Positions 58,343 to 64,000 of a stretch of DNA of 64,000 nt are shown here, one piece after another. Each line of letters starts with the position of its first letter. Position 1 is the first letter of the stretch. The notes below the pieces were generated by a model that saw only the letters and a program-made list of their open reading frames with translations, had not been told where the DNA came from and made no database searches. This DNA comes from Polyangiaceae bacterium (GTDB lineage Bacteria; Myxococcota_A; Polyangia; Polyangiales; Polyangiaceae), in assembly GCA_044222475.1 (NCBI GenBank), contig JBGANF010000002.1, positions 1-64,000 of the forward strand, given 5' to 3'. The position numbers were made by a program, and so were the translations under genes.

Positions 58343-60295
58343 TCAGCTCCCTCCCTTGTCGGCGACTGCGGGGGTCGAGCCGTCGTCCGTCTTGGGCGCC
58401 GGCAGCTTGACCTCCGGCGTTGCCTCGGGCTTGCGCGCGAGCAGCTTCAGCGGGCCTTCGTAGAAGGCCGGTCCAGGGTGCGCTGCGATGCGACCTTCGT
58501 AGTCGCTCTGGACGCGGGCGGCCGCGCCCTCGATCTGGCTGACGAAGATCTTCGGGAAGATGCCGATGACGAAGATCATGACGACGAGCGGGAAGAGCGC
58601 GAGGAGCTCGCGGCCGTTCACGTCGGAGAGCTTCGCGTTCTCCTTCTTCGTGATCGGACCGAAGAACACCTTCTGCACCACGGTCAGCATGTAGAGCGCG
58701 CCGAGGATGACGCCGACCGCGGCTCCGACGGCCTGCACGCCGTTGAAGTGCCCGAGCTTCGTCGAAGCGAACGTCCCGGTGATGACCAGGAACTCGCCGA
58801 CGAAGCCGTTCGTGCCGGGGAGGCCGATGCTCGCCAGGGTGGCTACGATGAAGATTGCAGTATACACAGGCATCGACTTCGCGAGCCCGCCGAAGTCCTC
58901 GATGCGGCGCGTGTGCCGGCGATCGTAGACGACGCCGACGAGGAGGAAGAGCGCGCCGGTCGACACGCCGTGGTTCACCATCTGCAGGATGGAGCCCTGC
59001 AGCGACGCGGGCGTCGCGGCGAAGAGGCCGAGCATCACGTAGCCGAGGTGAGCCACCGACGAGTACGCGACGAGCCGCTTCACGTCGTCCTGCTTCCAAG
59101 CGCAGAGCGCGCCGTAGACGATCCCGCCCAGCACCGCGAAGCCGGCGAGGGTCGGCCCGTAGTCGTTGCACGCCTCGGGGAAGAGCCCCATGCAGAAGCG
59201 GAGGTACCCGTAGGTGCCGAGCTTCAGCATGACGGCCGCCAGCACGACCGAGCCGCCGGTCGGCGCCTCGGTGTGGGCGTCGGGCAACCACGTGTGCACC
59301 GGGAACATCGGCACCTTGATGACGAACGCCAAGGTGAACGCGAAGAACAACCACTTCTGCACGTGGTGCGGGAGCAGCACGCGCTGGAGGTCGAAGTAGT
59401 CGAAGCTGGGACCGCCCGACAGCTTCTCGTACTGGTACGCCAGGTACAGGATGGCGGCGAGCATCAGCACCGAGCCGACCATCGTGTAGATGAAGAACTT
59501 GATCGCCGCCTTGATGCGGTTCGACCCGCCCCACACGCCGATCATCACGTACATCGGCACGAGGCAGAGCTCGAAGAACAGGTAGAAGACGAAGATGTCG
59601 AGCGCGACGAACGCGCCGAGCAGCGCGCCTTCGAGGAGCAGGAGCGAGAAGCACCAGTCCTTCAGGCGCGTCGTGATCGAGCCGAACGACGCGTACGCCG
59701 CCACCGGCAAGATGAACGTCGTCAGGAGCACGAGCCACAGCGAGGCTCCGTCGATCGCGACGTGCCAGTGGATGCCGAAGCGAGCGATCCAGATGAAGTC
59801 CTGGTTGAAGTGGTAGCCGCGGCCCATGTCCACCGCGAGCAGGGGCAAGCTGAGCCCGAGCGTCGCGAGGAGGATGCCCATCGTCATCCACTGGAGCGTC
59901 TTGTGCGCCTGGCGCGGAGTGAACAGGACCGCGACCGCGCCCAGGATCGGGAGGCAGACGATCCACGCGAGCAGCGTGTGCGACTCGGTGACCGGTTCGG
60001 TCGGGATCTCGACCTCGGCGTCGTCCGCGACCCACATCTTGATGACGAAGAGCACCGCCGCCGCCGCCATCGCCGCGAGCGGGAGGCGAACCTTCCAGCC
60101 GTGGCTTCGCGGCGCGAGGTACGCCGCGAGCGCGGCGAGCATCACCGGCGTGGCGTGGTCGACGACGCGCCCGAGGACGAGCGCGAACAGGGTGTAGCCG
60201 AGGAGCGCGAGGCCCTGCGGCATCGTGATGCGCAGCGGGGTCTCCGGTGCCTCGACTTCGGGCGAGTCGTGCGAGTCGTGCGAGTGCGTAGCCAT
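58343..60295 (-). CDS. nuoM: NADH-quinone oxidoreductase subunit M with N-terminal extension
   Basis: KVPMFPVHTWLPDAHTEAPT, KLGTYG, AYSSVAH and GLPGTNGFVGE motifs. Confidence 0.95.
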   Translation of the reverse strand: MATHSHDSHDSPEVEAPETPLRITMPQGLALLGYTLFALVLGRVVDHATPVMLAALAAYLAPRSHGWKVRLPLAAMAAAAVLFVIKMWVADDAEVEIPTEPVTESHTLLAWIVCLPILGAVAVLFTPRQAHKTLQWMTMGILLATLGLSLPLLAVDMGRGYHFNQDFIWIARFGIHWHVAIDGASLWLVLLTTFILPVAAYASFGSITTRLKDWCFSLLLLEGALLGAFVALDIFVFYLFFELCLVPMYVMIGVWGGSNRIKAAIKFFIYTMVGSVLMLAAILYLAYQYEKLSGGPSFDYFDLQRVLLPHHVQKWLFFAFTLAFVIKVPMFPVHTWLPDAHTEAPTGGSVVLAAVMLKLGTYGYLRFCMGLFPEACNDYGPTLAGFAVLGGIVYGALCAWKQDDVKRLVAYSSVAHLGYVMLGLFAATPASLQGSILQMVNHGVSTGALFLLVGVVYDRRHTRRIEDFGGLAKSMPVYTAIFIVATLASIGLPGTNGFVGEFLVITGTFASTKLGHFNGVQAVGAAVGVILGALYMLTVVQKVFFGPITKKENAKLSDVNGRELLALFPLVVMIFVIGIFPKIFVSQIEGAAARVQSDYEGRIAAHPGPAFYEGPLKLLARKPEATPEVKLPAPKTDDGSTPAVADKGGS

Positions 60296-63048
60296 CAGTT
60301 CTGCCCCACTTCCAGCATGACCTTCTTCGCCTCACGCGGGACCTGCACCGTCGTGCTGGCCGCGAGGCCGCCGAGGTGCTTGCTGAAGACGTTCTTCGCT
60401 CGCAGCCGAACCGGACGCGAGGTCTCGAGGAGTTGATCCGGATCGGGATCGAGGTGGAGCTTCACCTCGATCTCGTCGGTGAAGCCTTCCTTCCCGACGG
60501 TCACCCATTTGTCGCCGGGGGCTTCGCACGAGAGGTGGCTCGACTGGAGATCGCCGAGCGCGTTGGCTTGGGCCTTCGCCTTGTCCTTCGGGTCGGCGAT
60601 GTCCTTCGTCTTGGTGTCGAAGGTGTCCTGCCACTGCTTCTTGTCCGGCTCGCAGTCGGCCCACTCGTAGCTGTAGTCGAGCATGCCGCCCGCGGGCGCG
60701 GTGGCGACGACCCAGTCACCGTCCTTCTGCTGAACCGTCGCGGCCGCGTGGGGCGCGACGTAGAACCACCCCATCACCGCCATGCCGACGACCATGATGG
60801 CCGCGTAGACGTGGACGACGCCGTTCTGGAAGGCGCGGAGCACGGTCCCGACCGCGGACACGAGGAACGCGGTGACCTTCGCGAGCACGAAGTCGACGCC
60901 GTTCTTGTCGATCGTCGCAGACGTGTCGGCGAGCGAGTCGACCGCACCGACGACGGCCCAGTCGTAGAGCTCGTCGACGTACCACTTGTTGAGCATGGCC
61001 TTGTGGAGCCCGGGCTGCGCCTCGGCGAGCGCCTTCGCCGGAGCTCCCTTCTGCGAGATGTACATGTAGTAGGCGATGGAGCTGCCGACGGCCCAGGCGC
61101 CGAAGCCCCCGGCCATGAGCGTCCACTCCATGCTCTCGCCGCCTTCCTTCATCTTCACCGCGCCGGCGGTCGACGCCTCGAAGACCGGCGACAGCCAGTG
61201 CTCGAGCGGGGTGAAGTGGAAGGGGCCCATGTTGAAGATGCCGGCGACGACCGCGCCGGTCGCCAGGACGATGAGCGGGACCGTCATCTGCCACGGCGAC
61301 TCGTGCGGGGCGTACCCCGGCACGCTCAAGTCTTCGTCGTGATGGTCGTCCTCGTGCCCCTTCGCTTCGCGGGCCTTCGCGGCCTTGGCGATCTGCGACG
61401 GGCGGCCGACCTTCCAGCCCCGGAACTCGCCGAAGAACGTGAGGAAGAGCGCGCGAAGCATGTAGAATGCAGTCATCGTCGCGGCGATGACGCCGGCGGC
61501 GTAGAGCGCGGTGCCGAGCCAGTGCGGCGCCGTCCACGGGACGTTCGGCGGGCTGCTGTGCGCCATCCGCTCCGTCATCGGGTTCTCGATGTGGTTCACG
61601 TACGCGCGGTAGAGGATCTCGTCCTTGGAGAAGAACCCGGACGTGAACGGCGTTCCGATGATCGCCGCGGTGGCGACCGCGAACGTCCAGAACGTGTACG
61701 GCATGTACTTCCGCAGGCCGCCCATCTGCCGCATGTCCTGCGACTTGTCGTCGTCGTGGATGCGGGCGTGCATCGCGTGGATGACGCTGCCCGCCCCGAG
61801 GAAGAGGCAGGCCTTGAAGAAGGCGTGGGTGAAGACGTGGAAGAAGCCGGCGGTGAACGCGCCGACGCCGACTCCGAGGAACATGAAGCCGAGCTGGCTC
61901 ACGGTGGAGTAGGCGAGGACCTTCTTGATGTCGTTCTGGACGAGCGCGATCGTCGCGGCCACGAGCGCGGTCGCGGCGCCGATGACGGCGACGACCATCA
62001 TCGCGAACGGCGAGAGCACGAAGACGAAGTTGAGCCGGCAGATGAGGTAGATGCCGGCGGTGACCATCGTCGCCGCGTGGATGAGGGCGGAGACCGGGGT
62101 TGGGCCGGCCATCGCGTCCGGGAGCCAGACGTAGAGCGGGATCTGCGCGCTCTTGCCGGTGCAGCCGAGGATGACCGCGAGGCACACGGCGGTGGCCGCG
62201 CTGACGGTCTTCGGGTTGTGCGGCTGGAGGAAGGCGAGGAAGCCTTCGTACCGACCGCCGCCGAGCGGCCAGAGGTGGATGCGCATCGCGTCCGACGCGG
62301 GATCGACGAGCGACGACGAGCCGTTCTCGATGCCTTGCCAGTCGAGCGCGCCGCAGTAGTGCGCGAAGAGGAACATCGCGCAGATGAGGCCGAAGTCGCC
62401 GATGCGGTTCGCGATGAAGGCCTTCTTGCCGGCCTGCGCGTTCGGCATCTTCTCGTACCAGAAGCCGATGAGGAGGTAGGAGCAGAGGCCGACGCCCTCC
62501 CAGCCGACGAAGAGGACGGGGAGGTTGTCCGCCATCACGAGCACGAGCATCGAGAAGACGAACAGGTTGAGGTAGGCGAAGAATCGCCAGTACCCCTTGT
62601 CGTCCTTCATGTACGAGCTCGCGTAGAGGTGGATCAGCGAGCCGATGCCGGTGATGACGAGCATCATCACGCTCGAGAGCGCGTCGACGCTGAACTTGAG
62701 CTGGATGGGGATGCGAGCGGCGAGGGGAGCGCCGGCGCTCGTGTGCCCGCCGCTGGTGGTCATCCACTCGAAGAGCGACCACGACAGACGGACGTGCTCG
62801 GACACCATCTTGCCGCCCTCTTCGTGGGCGCTGTGGCCGACCGACTGATCGAGGGCGATGAACGCCATCACCGAGGCGAGGAAGCTGATGACGACCGCGC
62901 CGATCGCCATGAAGCGAACCGCGGGCTTGCCGAGGCGCTTGCCCCAGATGCCGTTCACGAACGCGCCGAGGAGCGGCATCCCGAGGATGACCGCGAGCAG
63001 ACCGAAGTCGTCGTCGGGGAAGATGCTGCTTAGGAAGCCAGAAGCCAT
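60295..63048 (-). CDS. nuoL: NADH-quinone oxidoreductase subunit L with C-terminal extension
   Basis: GWEGVG, NRIGD, GKSAQIPLYVWLPDAMAGPTPVSALIHAATMV and HAFFKA motifs. Confidence 0.95.
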   Translation of the reverse strand: MASGFLSSIFPDDDFGLLAVILGMPLLGAFVNGIWGKRLGKPAVRFMAIGAVVISFLASVMAFIALDQSVGHSAHEEGGKMVSEHVRLSWSLFEWMTTSGGHTSAGAPLAARIPIQLKFSVDALSSVMMLVITGIGSLIHLYASSYMKDDKGYWRFFAYLNLFVFSMLVLVMADNLPVLFVGWEGVGLCSYLLIGFWYEKMPNAQAGKKAFIANRIGDFGLICAMFLFAHYCGALDWQGIENGSSSLVDPASDAMRIHLWPLGGGRYEGFLAFLQPHNPKTVSAATAVCLAVILGCTGKSAQIPLYVWLPDAMAGPTPVSALIHAATMVTAGIYLICRLNFVFVLSPFAMMVVAVIGAATALVAATIALVQNDIKKVLAYSTVSQLGFMFLGVGVGAFTAGFFHVFTHAFFKACLFLGAGSVIHAMHARIHDDDKSQDMRQMGGLRKYMPYTFWTFAVATAAIIGTPFTSGFFSKDEILYRAYVNHIENPMTERMAHSSPPNVPWTAPHWLGTALYAAGVIAATMTAFYMLRALFLTFFGEFRGWKVGRPSQIAKAAKAREAKGHEDDHHDEDLSVPGYAPHESPWQMTVPLIVLATGAVVAGIFNMGPFHFTPLEHWLSPVFEASTAGAVKMKEGGESMEWTLMAGGFGAWAVGSSIAYYMYISQKGAPAKALAEAQPGLHKAMLNKWYVDELYDWAVVGAVDSLADTSATIDKNGVDFVLAKVTAFLVSAVGTVLRAFQNGVVHVYAAIMVVGMAVMGWFYVAPHAAATVQQKDGDWVVATAPAGGMLDYSYEWADCEPDKKQWQDTFDTKTKDIADPKDKAKAQANALGDLQSSHLSCEAPGDKWVTVGKEGFTDEIEVKLHLDPDPDQLLETSRPVRLRAKNVFSKHLGGLAASTTVQVPREAKKVMLEVGQN

Positions 63049-63061
63049 GGTTATTCGGTTC

Positions 63062-63367
63062 CTAGTTCTTGAGGAGATCGGCTTCGTCGGTGCGAACGGT
63101 CCGGCGAATGCGGAAGAGGGCGATGACGATCGCGAGGCCGACGGCGACCTCGGCCGCCTCGGCCGCGATGAGGAAGAACGCGAACAGCTGCCCGGAGTGG
63201 TTGGCTGGCGCCGCGCGGTTGAAGGCGACGAGCGCGATGTTGACCGCGTTGAGCATCACTTCGATGCTCATGAGGGTCACGAGGACGTTGCGCCTCACGA
63301 GGAAGCCGACGCCGCCGATGATGAAGAGGAGCGCCGAGAGCGCGATGTAGTGCTCGGTCGGGATCAC
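63062..63367 (-). CDS. nuoK: NADH-quinone oxidoreductase subunit K
   Basis: RRN...MSIEVMLNAVN and AAEVAVGLAI motifs; GTG overlaps the nuoJ stop. Confidence 0.93.
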   Translation of the reverse strand: MIPTEHYIALSALLFIIGGVGFLVRRNVLVTLMSIEVMLNAVNIALVAFNRAAPANHSGQLFAFFLIAAEAAEVAVGLAIVIALFRIRRTVRTDEADLLKN

Positions 63368-63933
63368 GACTTCGACTCCTTGCCTTTGACCCACTCGGGG
63401 GTGCGGACCGGTTGGTCGCTCTTGTGGCGGCCGCGAGCGACGGCGACGGCGCCGACGATCGCGACCATGAGGAGCGCGCTCGAGAGCTCGAACGGAACGA
63501 CCGCGTCGTGGAAGAGCACGCGACCGATCGCGTCGACCGTGCCGTACTCCTCGGGGACTTTCTCCAGGACGATCGCGCGGTGCCAAGCCGGCCGGATCAC
63601 GAGGTACATCGCGAACAGCGACGTCACCGCGAAGAGCCCGCCGCCGGCGATGCGCGTGATGCGCCCGCGTTGGTCTTGGGGAGTGCTCGCCGCCGGACCG
63701 AGGAGCATGATGACGAACAAGAAGAGGACGACGATCGCGCCGGCGTAGACGATGAGCTGGATGATCGCGAGGAACTCGGCGTGGAGCGCGAGGAAGATCC
63801 CGGCCACGCTGACGATCATCGCGAGCAGCCCCATGGCGCCGCGGATCGGGTTCTTCGCCGTGACGGTGAAGAGCGCGCCCAGGACTGCCACCGCGGCACA
63901 CACGTAGAAGTAGACGTATCCAATCCCACTCAT
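63364..63933 (-). CDS. nuoJ: NADH-quinone oxidoreductase subunit J
   Basis: AEFLAIIQLIVYAGAIVVLFLFVIMLL and PFELSS motifs. Confidence 0.95.
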   Translation of the reverse strand: MSGIGYVYFYVCAAVAVLGALFTVTAKNPIRGAMGLLAMIVSVAGIFLALHAEFLAIIQLIVYAGAIVVLFLFVIMLLGPAASTPQDQRGRITRIAGGGLFAVTSLFAMYLVIRPAWHRAIVLEKVPEEYGTVDAIGRVLFHDAVVPFELSSALLMVAIVGAVAVARGRHKSDQPVRTPEWVKGKESKS

Positions 63934-63947
63934 CGATCGCTCCTCGC

Positions 63948-63998
63948 CTAGCTCGGGATCACGAGCGTCGCGTCCTTGCGCTTGCGCTCCCCGCGGAC
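63948..63998 (-). CDS. 3' end of an upstream gene, probably another nuo subunit (partial)
   Basis: Open frame ...VRGERKRKDATLVIPS* ending just before the nuoJ RBS (GAGGAG); identity cannot be determined. Confidence 0.45.
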   Translation of the reverse strand, partial: VRGERKRKDATLVIPS

Positions 63999-64000
63999 GT

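Overview
A very GC-rich 64 kb window, densely coding. The gene content (Ser/Thr kinase, FHA-GAF cyclase, PEGA/TPR proteins, many Cys-rich lipoproteins with Asp-Ala-Gly linkers) suggests a myxobacterium (Myxococcota, probably Polyangiaceae-like); this is an inference. About 60 CDS can be supported. Housekeeping genes: hemW, rel/spoT, trmFO, glgP, upp, plsB, mce, proA, rsfS, tatBC, ccmC, accA, hisC and nuoJKLMN. Accessory genes include a RAYT-type HUH transposase, an orphan DNA methyltransferase, a tandem FadL operon, a KirBac channel, a Lon-like protease lacking a P-loop and a MarR gene. No rRNA, tRNA or CRISPR array was seen. The most notable unexplained structures are: (1) a modular palindromic element with conserved ends and a swappable central hairpin, found at two loci 29 kb apart in a window that also carries a RAYT; (2) two convergent two-gene modules of TPR(/PEGA)-hydrophobic hairpin-terminal beta-strand protein plus lipoprotein, one behind a perfect CRP-type box; (3) a nested inverted-repeat element in front of the MarR gene; (4) a CcmD-like peptide fused to a secreted domain, opposite a CxxCH-bearing TolB-like lipoprotein; (5) extended NuoL and NuoM; (6) recurrent leaderless-type promoters. 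All family assignments come from motifs recognised by eye, not from database searches.
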